A stretch of 64,000 nt of DNA from an uncultured Bacilli bacterium (GCA_944326155.1 CALVCV010000002.1:4514-68513); one strand, 5' to 3'; counted from the first letter of the stretch, positions 39,882 through 50,178 are shown. The notes: generated by a model from the sequence alone, not told the origin. Numbers and translations are program-made.

Positions 39882-41351
39882 ATGGCAAAAAAAATAAAAA
39901 TGAATGAAGAAAAATATACAACACTAGTTGAGCCTTCTTTAAAAGAAGCTAGGATGCGTAAAAAAAATACGATTGAAATTAACCAGTTTTTCTTAGAATC
40001 TAAATATTTTAATTTAGGTGCTGGTAAACATTACTTATTAAAAACGTATGGATGTCAAGGAAATATGGCAGATAGCGAAAAAATTGCTGGAATCTTAGAA
40101 TTATTAGGTTATGAAAAAACTGAAAATGAAGTAGAAGCAGACTTAGTACTTTTTAACACTTGTGCAATACGTGAAAATGCCGAAGAACGAGTATATGGTG
40201 AATTAGGTCGTTTTAATAAATTTAAAAAACAAAATCCTAATATGATGATTGGCATTTGTGGCTGTATGCCACAAGAAGAAAAAACGATTATGACAATTAA
40301 GAATCATTTTCCACAAATTAATATCGTTTTTGGTACTCATAATATTGCTTCTTTACCTGAGTATATATATGATGCAACAAAAAATCAAAAGAATGTTATT
40401 GATGTTTTATCAGTTGAGGGGAATATCTATGAAAATATTCCGACTATTAGGGAACATACTAAAAAAGCTTGGGTTAATATCATGTATGGTTGTGATGAAT
40501 TTTGTACATATTGTATCGTGCCTTATACAAGAGGAAAGGAAAGATCTAGAAGACCAGTAGATATTATTCAAGAAGTAGAAGAATTAGCCCATCAAGGTTA
40601 TGTTGAAGTTACTCTTTTAGGTCAAAATGTCAATGCTTATGGCAAAGATTTTACTGATATAAAATATACTTTTGCGAATTTGTTAAAAGATTTACACAAG
40701 ACAAGTATTAAAAGATTAAGATTTACAACTTCACATCCAAGAGACTTAGATAATAATACGATTGAGGCCATGGCTTTAGGTGGAAATATCATGCCACATT
40801 TTCATTTACCAGTTCAATCTGGTAGTAACGAAGTCTTAAAACGTATGAATAGAAAATATACCAAAGAAGAATATCTAGAAAAGGTGAATAAATTAAAATC
40901 ATTGATTCCTGATATATCATTTACCACGGACATTATTGTTGCTTTTCCAGGTGAGACTGAAGAACAATTCTTAGAAACCCTTGAACTTGTTAAAACAGTT
41001 GGATATGATGGTGCATACACCTTTATCTATTCACCACGTGAAGGTACTCCTGCTGCAAAATTTGAAAATCACTTAACAGAAGAAGAAAAGCATCAAAGAC
41101 TAGAAAGATTAAATGAAGTTGTAAATGAATATGCTTTAAAAGGTCATCAAAAATATGAAAATCAGGTAGTTGAAGTATTAGTTGAAGGACCTAGTAAAAA
41201 TAATAAAGACATCTTAACTGGATATACAAAACAAAATATGTTAGTTAATTTTAATGATAATAAAGAACATCCTTGTGCGATTGGTGATTTGATTAATGTC
41301 AAAATTACAAAGGCTTATTCATGGCATCTTTTTGGTGAAGTGATAAATTAA
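39882..41351 (+). CDS. miaB: tRNA (N6-isopentenyl-A37) methylthiotransferase MiaB
   Basis: The UPF0004 domain shows YLLKTYGCQGN, the radical-SAM motif is GCDEFCTYCIVPYTRG, and the C-terminus is a TRAM domain. Confidence 0.93.
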   Translation: MAKKIKMNEEKYTTLVEPSLKEARMRKKNTIEINQFFLESKYFNLGAGKHYLLKTYGCQGNMADSEKIAGILELLGYEKTENEVEADLVLFNTCAIRENAEERVYGELGRFNKFKKQNPNMMIGICGCMPQEEKTIMTIKNHFPQINIVFGTHNIASLPEYIYDATKNQKNVIDVLSVEGNIYENIPTIREHTKKAWVNIMYGCDEFCTYCIVPYTRGKERSRRPVDIIQEVEELAHQGYVEVTLLGQNVNAYGKDFTDIKYTFANLLKDLHKTSIKRLRFTTSHPRDLDNNTIEAMALGGNIMPHFHLPVQSGSNEVLKRMNRKYTKEEYLEKVNKLKSLIPDISFTTDIIVAFPGETEEQFLETLELVKTVGYDGAYTFIYSPREGTPAAKFENHLTEEEKHQRLERLNEVVNEYALKGHQKYENQVVEVLVEGPSKNNKDILTGYTKQNMLVNFNDNKEHPCAIGDLINVKITKAYSWHLFGEVIN

Positions 41352-41367
41352 AATTTAAAATTTGCAA

Positions 41368-41410
41368 ATGCCTCTTACTTATGATATAATAACATAAGAG
41401 GCATTTTTTT
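41368..41410 (+). terminator. Rho-independent terminator
   Basis: AAATGCCTCTTA ... TAAGAGGCATTT followed by a T-run. Confidence 0.75.
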
Positions 41411-41430
41411 ATAAGGAAAGAAAAGAGAAT

Positions 41431-43146
41431 ATGAAAAAGAAATGGCATGATTTTGCAAAAGGGTTACTAATTATTTTTTGCTTTTTTTTGATAGTAGAAT
41501 TAGTAGGTTGTAAAAAGAAAAAATTGAATGTTGATGTAAATAGAGTCTATCAAATTACGTATCATTTAAATGGTGCTGTTGATTTAGACTTACCTACTAC
41601 CTTTACTAAAAAAGATCAAATTATATTAAAAACTCCATTTAGAGCCGAATATCGATTTGATGGCTGGTATTTTTCTAGCGATTTTGGTGGGGAAAAAGTA
41701 ACAGAAATAAATGGTACAATCCAAAAAAATATTGAACTTTATGCTAAGTGGAATAAAATTTACTATTTAAGTTTGGTTACAAATGGTGGTGAAGTCACAG
41801 AAAACTTCGTAGAGTTTACTAGTAATGATGAAATTATGCTTGAAATTCCTACTAAAGATAATGCAAATTTTCAAGGTTGGTATCTTTCTAGTGATTTTGA
41901 AGGGAATGCAATTACGCAAATTGACAAAGGAACAAGTGAAGATATTACCCTTTTTGCAAAATGGCAAAATATTTATAAAGTCAATATGATTTTAAATGAT
42001 GGTACTTTAGATAAAGATTTGAATATATATTTTAGTGAAGATGAGGAAGTTATTTTACCAATTCCATATAAAGAAAATTATATTTTTTCAGGTTGGTATC
42101 TTGATGATAACTTTAAAGGTGAACCAGTTACAAAAATTGATCAAGGTACAACAAGAAATGTCATCGTTTTTGCAAAATGGGAAAGACAATATCAAATAAG
42201 TTATGATGTTCAAGGCGGAACGATGCCTGATATATATGATACAACTTATGTGGCAGGTGAGGAGAAAATGCTACCTGTTCCTACTAAAAATGGTTATACA
42301 TTTAAAGGATGGAGCGAAAGTCCAGATAATACTTTAAGAGTACATTTTATGATTCCAATAAGTTATGAAGAAGATTTAAATTTAATAGCGATTTGGGAAA
42401 AAAGAACTTATCAAGTAAATTATATTTTAGGTGAAGAACGTTATGCTGATAAACATCAATTATTTTTAGCTTTCTTTAGTGATTTTTATAATTATATTGT
42501 TAATTATCGTGGTGATGAAGAATATTTATTAGAAAGAGGAATTACTAGTCTTAATGAATTTTTAATAACTTGTAGCAATTACACAGGTGGAGCAGCTGGT
42601 ATGAGTCAAGTAGGAAATTTATTAGGCCCTTACTATATAACCATTAATGTTGGTGGCGATATCAATAATCAAACAGCTGATCAAGGATATATTGGTTATT
42701 GTTTAGAAAATAATAAATATGTAGAATTTATTTATTTTATTGAAGACTTTTTTTATTGGTGGCGACTAGATGAAGGATATACAAATGGTCCTGATGATCC
42801 AAATGGTACAGGAAGTGATTTTTTAGCATCATCTTGGGCTTCAATTGTGGATACCGCGAAATTTTTCTATTATGATAAAGATACACTGCCTTCATACTTT
42901 ATTTCAAAAGGTCATGTTCCTGCTTTCTATGATCGTATTCCATATGTGGTAAATGTTGGTGAAAATCATTTTGTTTATACTTATGATTGGGAAGAAGAAT
43001 TGATATTACCAACTGAACTTACTTTGGAAGGTTATGAATTTGTAGGTTGGTATGATAATCCCCAATTTACGGGTGAGGTAATAGAAGTATTAATGCCTAA
43101 TATTTATCATGATATTACGTTATATGCGAAGTTTATAAAAAAATAA
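41431..43146 (+). CDS. Surface lipoprotein: 4 Listeria-Bacteroides (Flg_new/InlB-B-type) repeats plus an unassigned C-terminal domain
   Basis: A signal peptide with lipobox LVGC is present. The ~71-aa repeats end ...F.GWY....F.G..VT.I......I.L(Y/F)AKW. The C-terminal ~245 aa contain YIGYCLEN...FFYWWRLDEG...SSWASIVDTAKFFY. Confidence 0.8.
   Translation: MKKKWHDFAKGLLIIFCFFLIVELVGCKKKKLNVDVNRVYQITYHLNGAVDLDLPTTFTKKDQIILKTPFRAEYRFDGWYFSSDFGGEKVTEINGTIQKNIELYAKWNKIYYLSLVTNGGEVTENFVEFTSNDEIMLEIPTKDNANFQGWYLSSDFEGNAITQIDKGTSEDITLFAKWQNIYKVNMILNDGTLDKDLNIYFSEDEEVILPIPYKENYIFSGWYLDDNFKGEPVTKIDQGTTRNVIVFAKWERQYQISYDVQGGTMPDIYDTTYVAGEEKMLPVPTKNGYTFKGWSESPDNTLRVHFMIPISYEEDLNLIAIWEKRTYQVNYILGEERYADKHQLFLAFFSDFYNYIVNYRGDEEYLLERGITSLNEFLITCSNYTGGAAGMSQVGNLLGPYYITINVGGDINNQTADQGYIGYCLENNKYVEFIYFIEDFFYWWRLDEGYTNGPDDPNGTGSDFLASSWASIVDTAKFFYYDKDTLPSYFISKGHVPAFYDRIPYVVNVGENHFVYTYDWEEELILPTELTLEGYEFVGWYDNPQFTGEVIEVLMPNIYHDITLYAKFIKK
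41548..42408 (+). repeat. Four in-frame tandem domain repeats (period ~213 nt / 71-73 aa)
   Basis: The repeats start at residues Y40, Y111, Y182 and Y254. Each has a Y.(I/V/L).(Y/L/M)..NGG-like start and a GW(Y/S) ... (A/I)(K/I)W end. Confidence 0.8.
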
Positions 43147-43214
43147 AATAAAAGCGACAAAGTATTAATAAAAAGGTACTTTGCCTTTTATTATAAAAAT
43201 AAGGAGATTTTATA

Positions 43215-46172
43215 ATGATTGAAGTAAAACATTTATATAAGACATATGTTATGAAAAAAGGACTATCAGTAAAAGCCCTAGATGATGTTTCATTAAAAAT
43301 TGATAAAGTAGGTATGGTATTTTTACTTGGTAAAAGTGGTGCAGGTAAATCAACCTTGCTAAATGTTTTAGGCGGTCTTGATTTAGTTGATAAGGGTGAA
43401 ATAATCATTAATGGTAAATCTAGCAAAGATTTTACTCAAAGTGATTTTGATAGTTATCGAAATACCTATGTTGGATTTATCTTTCAAGAATACAACATTT
43501 TAAATGAGTTCACCATTGCTGAAAATATTGCTTTAGCAATTGAATTACAAGGTAGAAAAGCAACGGATGAAGAAATTAGTGAAATTTTAGAACAGGTTGA
43601 TTTGGTAGGTTTAGCAAAGCGTAAACCCAATGAATTATCAGGAGGGCAAAAACAGCGTGTAGCGATTGCAAGAGCCCTTATCAAAAAACCCCAAATTATT
43701 ATGGCTGATGAACCAACTGGTGCGCTTGATTCTAAAACAGGTAAACAAATATTTGATACGCTCAAAAAATTATCTCAAGACAAATTAGTATTAGTTGTAT
43801 CACATGATCGTGAATTTGCTGAACAATATGCTGATCGTATCATTGAATTAAAAGATGGTAAAGTCATTAGTGATGTAGAAAAAGAAGTAATTCCTCTTCA
43901 AAAAAGTGAAGGAATTAGCGTAATTGATAATAAAATACTTAAAATTGATCATAATTATCATTTAACGAATGAAGATTTTTTAAAAATTAGAGCATACATT
44001 GAAAAAGCTCAGCATGATATCTTCATTTCATTTGATGAAAAAAATAATGATAAGATTAAAACCGCAATAAATTTAACTGATGATGGTCAATATAAATTTG
44101 TGACTACGCGTGATGATATCAAGGCTTCTCCAAATGAAACATGTGAATTAATTAAATCTAAATTAGGATTAAATAAGGCCTTTAAAATGGGATTTTCTAG
44201 TTTAAAAGTAAAAAAATTTCGCTTAGTACTTACTATTTTTCTTTCTTTCATTGCCTTTATGATGTTTGGTGTAGCTAATACCATCAGTGTATACAATAAT
44301 GTTAGAACGACCGTAAATTCCATTTCTGATTCAAAAATTGAATATGCAACCTTTGCAAAACAACAAGGTTTTGCTTATGATTATATAGATACGGATACTA
44401 GTTTTTATGTTGATAATGCTTTAATAAGTGATGAAGATTGCGCTAAAATAACGAAAGATACAAATCTTGATTTGACAAAGGTTTATGGTAGTTTGCAAAA
44501 ATTTGACATGCCAAGAATCAATTATCTAACAGGTCAAGGTATATTTTTAGAACAAATTAATAATTTTACAGGCTATACTTCTATTGATAATCAATTTCTT
44601 GAAAAGTATGGTTTTACTTTAGAGGGAAGATTGCCTAATAGTGATGATGAAATTGTCATTACTAAGATTGTTGAAGATGCAATGAAAGAAAATGGTGTAA
44701 GAGATTTTGATGGCAAAGAATATAAAAATTTAAATAGTGCAATTAATTTAGAAATAGCAATTTTTGAGATGAAAATGAAAATTGTAGGTGTTGTTGATAC
44801 CAATGCGAATATTGAACAATATAAAGATATCAAAGGTGATTCAATCCGTGACTTTATGGAAATTCAGATGTTAGGATCTTACTTAGATAATGGACCACAT
44901 TTGCTTTTCTTTGTGCATTATGATATGATTGAAAAACTCAATACGATGTTTATTTATACGACAAATATGTTAGAGATGCGTTTTAAAGATTTACAATTTT
45001 ATTTTAATAAAATCGTAGATAGTAAAAAAACGGAAAATAATACGTTACAAAATTGTGAAATATTAGTACCACAAATGCATCTTGAAAGCTTGTTTAATGC
45101 GATTGAATTCAACACTGCAGATAAAGCATATATAAAGGTTATACATGAAAATGAAGAAAATACATTTATTATGAATGACTATTATTACTATTTGTATAGC
45201 CTTTGCAAAGATGACCTAGTCACCTTATTTAATGAAAATAATCTAACTGTTTCAAGTAAGTTTAAAACTGCCTATCAAATTAAGGATCAATCTTTAGAAA
45301 AGGTTTTATATATGATTAAAGTTTTGAATGATCAAACATATGCTTCAGCGAGCGAAATTGATGCCATCATTCAAATCATGAATGATTATACAAGTGATAT
45401 TGTTGTTGAAGAAGAAGAAATAATCAATCTTTTGAATCACAGAATTAAGGAATATAGTAATCAACTATATGTTGATATTGACTATACAGATGGTAAAAAG
45501 AAATATTCAAATACGTATCATGTAGTAGGTGTATCAAGCATGAGTGAGGGTATTGTTATTTGTGATGATACATTATTTACCGATTATATGGGGGAGGAAA
45601 GTGGTAAATATAAATATGTCTTTGATAAAATGCCTACTTCTAATAAAGAAATTCGTAAACTTGTTGAATATAATTATATACCGATTAAAAATATAGGTGG
45701 AATTACCTTTATTATGAAAAATGAAGTTGTTGAAAATTTAAGAGAAATTGATTCTATTTTAAAAGTTTTCTCTAAAATTTTTTTCTATGTAGGATTGGTA
45801 TTTGCTATATTTGCTTCACTATTACTTCTTAATTTCATTACGATTTCGATTAATTATAAAAAACGTGAAATTGGTATTTTAAGAGCAGTGGGTGCAAGAA
45901 GTAAAGATGTCTTTAAAATTTTCTTTAGTGAAAGTTTAATTATCGCTATTATTAATGCAATTCTTGCAAATATATCGCTATTTATTGTAGTTTTTATTAT
46001 TAATAATATGTTAAGAAGAAATTACAATTTATTGATTACGATTTTAAATCCAGGTATTTTACAAATTATTTTAGTATTGGGTATATCCATTCTTGTTGCA
46101 TTTATTTCCAGTTTTTTCCCTGTATACTTTATTTCAAAGAAAAAGCCGATTGATGCAATCAATAATAGATAG
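43215..46172 (+). CDS. Fused MacB-type ABC protein: N-terminal ATPase, TM1, ~500-aa extracytoplasmic domain, C-terminal FtsX 3-TM module
   Basis: Walker A GKSGAGKST, signature LSGGQKQRVAIARAL, and Walker B IIMADEPTGALD are present. TM1 lies near residues 335-358. The C-terminus reads ...REIGILRAVGARSKDVFKIF... with 3 TM helices. Confidence 0.85.
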   Translation: MIEVKHLYKTYVMKKGLSVKALDDVSLKIDKVGMVFLLGKSGAGKSTLLNVLGGLDLVDKGEIIINGKSSKDFTQSDFDSYRNTYVGFIFQEYNILNEFTIAENIALAIELQGRKATDEEISEILEQVDLVGLAKRKPNELSGGQKQRVAIARALIKKPQIIMADEPTGALDSKTGKQIFDTLKKLSQDKLVLVVSHDREFAEQYADRIIELKDGKVISDVEKEVIPLQKSEGISVIDNKILKIDHNYHLTNEDFLKIRAYIEKAQHDIFISFDEKNNDKIKTAINLTDDGQYKFVTTRDDIKASPNETCELIKSKLGLNKAFKMGFSSLKVKKFRLVLTIFLSFIAFMMFGVANTISVYNNVRTTVNSISDSKIEYATFAKQQGFAYDYIDTDTSFYVDNALISDEDCAKITKDTNLDLTKVYGSLQKFDMPRINYLTGQGIFLEQINNFTGYTSIDNQFLEKYGFTLEGRLPNSDDEIVITKIVEDAMKENGVRDFDGKEYKNLNSAINLEIAIFEMKMKIVGVVDTNANIEQYKDIKGDSIRDFMEIQMLGSYLDNGPHLLFFVHYDMIEKLNTMFIYTTNMLEMRFKDLQFYFNKIVDSKKTENNTLQNCEILVPQMHLESLFNAIEFNTADKAYIKVIHENEENTFIMNDYYYYLYSLCKDDLVTLFNENNLTVSSKFKTAYQIKDQSLEKVLYMIKVLNDQTYASASEIDAIIQIMNDYTSDIVVEEEEIINLLNHRIKEYSNQLYVDIDYTDGKKKYSNTYHVVGVSSMSEGIVICDDTLFTDYMGEESGKYKYVFDKMPTSNKEIRKLVEYNYIPIKNIGGITFIMKNEVVENLREIDSILKVFSKIFFYVGLVFAIFASLLLLNFITISINYKKREIGILRAVGARSKDVFKIFFSESLIIAIINAILANISLFIVVFIINNMLRRNYNLLITILNPGILQIILVLGISILVAFISSFFPVYFISKKKPIDAINNR

Positions 46173-46201
46173 ATAATATTCTTTTTCTTTTTCAAAAAAA
46201 T

Positions 46202-46249
46202 TTAATCACCTATTCTAGACTAATGTCATAGATTAAAGTAGGTGATTAA
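46202..46249 (+). promoter_or_regulatory. Hairpin sequestering the murC Shine-Dalgarno sequence
   Basis: TTAATCACCTA (46202-46212) pairs with TAGGTGATTAA (46239-46249). The 3' arm contains the AGGTGA SD and ends 1 nt before the ATG. Confidence 0.45.
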
Positions 46250-47521
46250 ATGCAAACAACTGTTAAATATTATTTAGTTGGGATAAAAGGGACGGGAATG
46301 GCAAGCTTAGCTAAATTGCTACATGATGCAGGATGTTATGTAATAGGTAGTGATACTGAAGAATACTACTTTACCGAAGATGCTTTAAAAAAACAAGGTA
46401 TACCAATTAAACATTTTGCAGCGGAAAACATTACAGGTGAATATTTTTATATTATAGGTAATGCTTATCAAACATCAAACGTTGAAGTACAAGAAATTAT
46501 AAGACAAAATTATGATTATCTTTATTACCATGATTTTATTGGCCAAAAATTAAAACAAGATTTGATTGCTTGTGCAGGTACTCATGGGAAAACAACTACT
46601 TCATTTTTGTTAGTCCATTTTTTACAAAAACAGTGCAGTTATATTATTGGCGATGGTGAAGGAGGATATAAAGGTGGCAATTTACTCATTCTAGAAGCAT
46701 GTGAATACAAAGAGCATTTTTTAAGTTATCATCCCAAGTTATTGATAATTACCAATATTGAACTCGATCATACAGATTATTATAAAAATTCTAAACAACT
46801 ATTTTTGGCTTTTCAAAAACTTGCGAATCAATCTGAGAAAATTTTAGTAAATGGAGATGATAAAACTTGTCAAAAAATTCTTCATTCCAATAAAATTATG
46901 TATGGTTTTCAAAGACATAATGACATCCAAATTAAAATCCTTAGCACTACTAGCAAAGGCTATTATATTAAAATTAGCTATAGGCAAAAAAATATCTATT
47001 TAAAAATTCCTTATCTTGGAAAACATATGATTTATAATTTTGTGGCAAGTTATATGGCTACGCTTTTAATGGATAAAATACCTTACTTAGAAGAGAAAAA
47101 TTTATTACCTAAAAGAAGACTTTCAACTTATTTGTTTCAAAATAGTATCTTGATAGATGATTATGCTCATCATCCAACAGAAATTAAAGCTCTTCTTGAA
47201 ACATTAAGGCTTACATATCCTAAGAAACCTTTAAAAGTAATTTTTCAGCCACATACTTATGAAAGAACATTACACTTTAAAAAATACTTTAAAAAGGTTT
47301 TAAAACATTTTGATCAAGTTTATTTAGTAGATGTTTTTACCTCTAAAAGAGAAAAAAAGAATCAAAAATTACAAAAGAAGATTGATAGCTATTTCAAACT
47401 TTTCCCTAAGTATTGTAATGAGGTTTTAGAAACAATTGGTAGTCATGATGAAGTTTGGATATTTCTTGGTGCGGGAGTCATAAATGACTATATAAAAAAA
47501 TTAATAAATGAAAATAACTAA
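46250..47521 (+). CDS. murC: UDP-N-acetylmuramate--L-alanine ligase
   Basis: Seen: VGIKGTGMASLAKLL, GTHGKTTTS, LEACEYKEHFLSYHP, and IDDYAHHPTEI. Confidence 0.9.
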   Translation: MQTTVKYYLVGIKGTGMASLAKLLHDAGCYVIGSDTEEYYFTEDALKKQGIPIKHFAAENITGEYFYIIGNAYQTSNVEVQEIIRQNYDYLYYHDFIGQKLKQDLIACAGTHGKTTTSFLLVHFLQKQCSYIIGDGEGGYKGGNLLILEACEYKEHFLSYHPKLLIITNIELDHTDYYKNSKQLFLAFQKLANQSEKILVNGDDKTCQKILHSNKIMYGFQRHNDIQIKILSTTSKGYYIKISYRQKNIYLKIPYLGKHMIYNFVASYMATLLMDKIPYLEEKNLLPKRRLSTYLFQNSILIDDYAHHPTEIKALLETLRLTYPKKPLKVIFQPHTYERTLHFKKYFKKVLKHFDQVYLVDVFTSKREKKNQKLQKKIDSYFKLFPKYCNEVLETIGSHDEVWIFLGAGVINDYIKKLINENN

Positions 47522-47550
47522 TACTTTTTCATAAATATTTGCATTTTACA

Positions 47551-47578
47551 TTGCTAAAAAAAATAAATATGATATAAT
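47551..47578 (+). promoter_or_regulatory. Promoter of the LacI-family regulator
   Basis: TTGCTA, a 16-nt spacer, then TATAAT, with a TGa extended -10. Confidence 0.55.
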
Positions 47579-47610
47579 TTTATTATAAAAAAAAGAAATG
47601 AGGTAAGAAC

Positions 47611-48690
47611 ATGAAAGGTGATAAGCGATCAAGTCCGAATAAGATTTATGATGTTGCTGGTGCAGCTGGTGTTTCTTTAGCTACGGTATCAAGAGTTCTA
47701 AACCACCCGGAAAAAGTTAAGCCTGCAACGAGAGAAAAGATTGAAAGAATAATTAAGGAATTAGGATATAAACCCAATTTAAATGCCAAAGGTTTAGCAA
47801 GTTCAAAGTCTACAACAGTTGCTATTGTAGTACCTGAACTTACTCGTAGTTCAATTGCAGGAATGGTAGATGGAATTGCAGCTACGGCCATTAGACGAGG
47901 ATATTTGATTAGATTGTTTGTAAATAATAGTAGCAATAGTGATAATCCGGTTGCTGAAGAACAAGAACTTTGGCGTACAGTTATTTCATCAGGTGTTGAT
48001 GGTATTTTATATATTAATGATGAAATTGCAAGTGAATATATTGATATTATCAAAAGTGCCAATGTAAGTGTGGTTTTAACTAATACTGTTTGTACAGACT
48101 ATGAAATTCCATCTGTTGCCATTGATTATAAAAAGGCAGCTTATGAAATTACCAAAGAGATGATTGAACGTGGTAATAAAAAAATATGGATTATTTCAAC
48201 TATCAAAAAATATGCTGTTAATGATTTAAAGGTTGAAGGATATGAAGATGCGATGAGAGAAGCAGGCCTTGAAAGTAGAGTAATTAATGTTTCAGGTAAA
48301 ACATACTTAAATGAAACGTCTTATTATGAAATACTCAAAAATGACCACCCTGATGTGGCAATTGTTGTAAGAGATTCTATGGCCGTTTCCTTTATCAATG
48401 TTGCAAGACAATTAAAAATTTCAATTCCTGATGAGTTACAAGTCATTGGCTTCCAAAATACAAAATATGCTGAATTATCTAGACCTACATTAACTTGTAT
48501 CAATACACCAATTTATGAAATTGGTGAAGTTGCTATGGATTTATTAACTGATTTAGTTCATGAAGCAGAATTAGAAGAAGATTATTACAATGATTTAACT
48601 CATACACTCAATGAAGAAAGAGAAGAAAATAACATTGAAATACACAAAAATGTAGATTATAGTATTGTTTGGCGACAATCTACAAAATAG
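47611..48690 (+). CDS. LacI-family transcriptional regulator (CcpA-like core, acidic C-terminal extension)
   Basis: The HTH reads IYDVAGAAGVSLATVSRVLNHPEKVKPATREKIERIIKELGYKPNLNAKGLAS, followed by a periplasmic-binding-protein-like core. Confidence 0.85.
   Translation: MKGDKRSSPNKIYDVAGAAGVSLATVSRVLNHPEKVKPATREKIERIIKELGYKPNLNAKGLASSKSTTVAIVVPELTRSSIAGMVDGIAATAIRRGYLIRLFVNNSSNSDNPVAEEQELWRTVISSGVDGILYINDEIASEYIDIIKSANVSVVLTNTVCTDYEIPSVAIDYKKAAYEITKEMIERGNKKIWIISTIKKYAVNDLKVEGYEDAMREAGLESRVINVSGKTYLNETSYYEILKNDHPDVAIVVRDSMAVSFINVARQLKISIPDELQVIGFQNTKYAELSRPTLTCINTPIYEIGEVAMDLLTDLVHEAELEEDYYNDLTHTLNEEREENNIEIHKNVDYSIVWRQSTK
48635..48663 (+). promoter_or_regulatory. Candidate promoter of the tyrS T-box leader, inside the 3' end of the LacI gene
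   Basis: TTGAAA (48635-48640), a 17-nt spacer, then TATAGT (48658-48663). Confidence 0.4.
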
Positions 48691-48895
48691 TAGATTTCTT
48701 ATAGGTAAAATTAGAGACTAGGCTGGTTGGTGAAAAGTTTAGCAAATAAGAAATTGAATTATATCGGATATCAAAAGTGATTTTGATTATAATTTTCCAA
48801 AGTGCAATTGTAGTATGATTTACTACTTTTGAATTAAGGTGGTACCGCGGAACTAAATTGTTTCGTCCTTAAAACATTTTAAGGACGATTTTTTA
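48670..48895 (+). promoter_or_regulatory. T-box riboswitch leader
   Basis: The AGAGA bulge lies at 48713-48717 and the distal-loop GGTTGGTGA at 48725-48733. The stem pairs ATTTCTTAT with ATAAGAAAT. The T-box sequence AATTAAGGTGGTACCGCGG lies at 48832-48850. The terminator CGTCCTTAAAACATTTTAAGGACG (48864-48887) is followed by T6. The specifier codon is not confidently placed; UAU triplets at 48760-48771 are candidates. Confidence 0.85.
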
Positions 48896-48924
48896 TTTAT
48901 TATGATTTGAAGGAGAAACAAAAA

Positions 48925-50157
48925 ATGAATTTATTTGAAGAATTAAAATGGCGTGGTTTAATTCACAATATTACAGATGAAAAAATTATTGATAAGATTA
49001 ACAACGAACAATTAACCTTTTATTTAGGTACTGATCCAACTGGGGATAGTTTACATGTAGGCCATTTACTAGTTTTTATTTTTGCGAAGAGATTAGAAAA
49101 ATATGGTCATCACCCTATTTTCTTAATTGGTGGTGCAACTGGATCAATTGGTGATCCTAAGCCTACAGCTGAAAGAAAACTTTTATCCAAAGAACAATTA
49201 GAACACAATGCTAATAGTTTATATCATCAAGTTGAAGGGTTATTTAAATGTAAAATGGTTAATAACTATGATTGGACTTATAATATTGATATTTTAACTT
49301 TTTTAAGAAAATATGGTAAATTTTTTAATGTAAATTACATGATTAATAAAGAAACAGTTAAATCAAGATTAGATAGCGGTATTTCTTATACAGAATTTTC
49401 TTATCAAATTTTACAAGCTTTAGATTTTGAACATTTATTTGCGAATGAAGGATGTTCTTTGCAAATTGGTGGTCAAGATCAATGGGGCAATATTACATCA
49501 GGTCTTGAATTAATTCGTAAAATTCATGGTGTCGATGCTGAAGCATTTGGGATTACTGTTCCACTATTTACCAAAAGTGATGGTACTAAATTTGGTAAGA
49601 CAGAAGGTGGTGCAATATGGTTAGATTCTAAGAAGACTACGCCATATGCTTTTTATCAGTTTTGGATTAATACGCCAGATAATGATGTCATAAAAGAATT
49701 AAAACAGTTTACTTTTCTTACGAAAGAAGACATTGAAGTGATTGAAGAATCATTTCAAAAAGAACCACATCTTAGAGTAGCACAAAAAGCTCTTGCAAAA
49801 GAAATGACAACGATGATTCATGGCCAAGAAAGTTATGAACAAGCTGTTAAGTTAAGCGAAGCTTTATTTAGTGGTCAAATTGCTAATCTTACGAAAGAAG
49901 AAATTGAAGTGGTATTTGAAGGATTACCTAAAGTAAAAGTTGAAATCGATACACCTTTAATTGATGTACTTCTTATGTTAGGTGCTGCGTCTTCAAAACG
50001 TGAGGCTCGTGATTTTATTAGTGGTGGTGGTGTTTTAGTAAATAGTAAACAAGAAAAAGACTTATCATTTGTCATTAAAAAAGAAAATGCTATTGATTAT
50101 AAATATACAGTTATCAGAAGGGGAAAGAAAAATTATTATTTAATTGAACATGAATAA
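48925..50157 (+). CDS. tyrS: Tyrosine--tRNA ligase
   Basis: The ORF is trimmed to MNLFEELKWRGL..., 9 nt after AGGAG. The HIGH motif reads HVGHL, the KMSKS-like motif reads KFGKT, and the C-terminus is an S4-like domain. Confidence 0.96.
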   Translation: MNLFEELKWRGLIHNITDEKIIDKINNEQLTFYLGTDPTGDSLHVGHLLVFIFAKRLEKYGHHPIFLIGGATGSIGDPKPTAERKLLSKEQLEHNANSLYHQVEGLFKCKMVNNYDWTYNIDILTFLRKYGKFFNVNYMINKETVKSRLDSGISYTEFSYQILQALDFEHLFANEGCSLQIGGQDQWGNITSGLELIRKIHGVDAEAFGITVPLFTKSDGTKFGKTEGGAIWLDSKKTTPYAFYQFWINTPDNDVIKELKQFTFLTKEDIEVIEESFQKEPHLRVAQKALAKEMTTMIHGQESYEQAVKLSEALFSGQIANLTKEEIEVVFEGLPKVKVEIDTPLIDVLLMLGAASSKREARDFISGGGVLVNSKQEKDLSFVIKKENAIDYKYTVIRRGKKNYYLIEHE

Positions 50158-50178
50158 AAATTTTTTGAATGAATAAAA

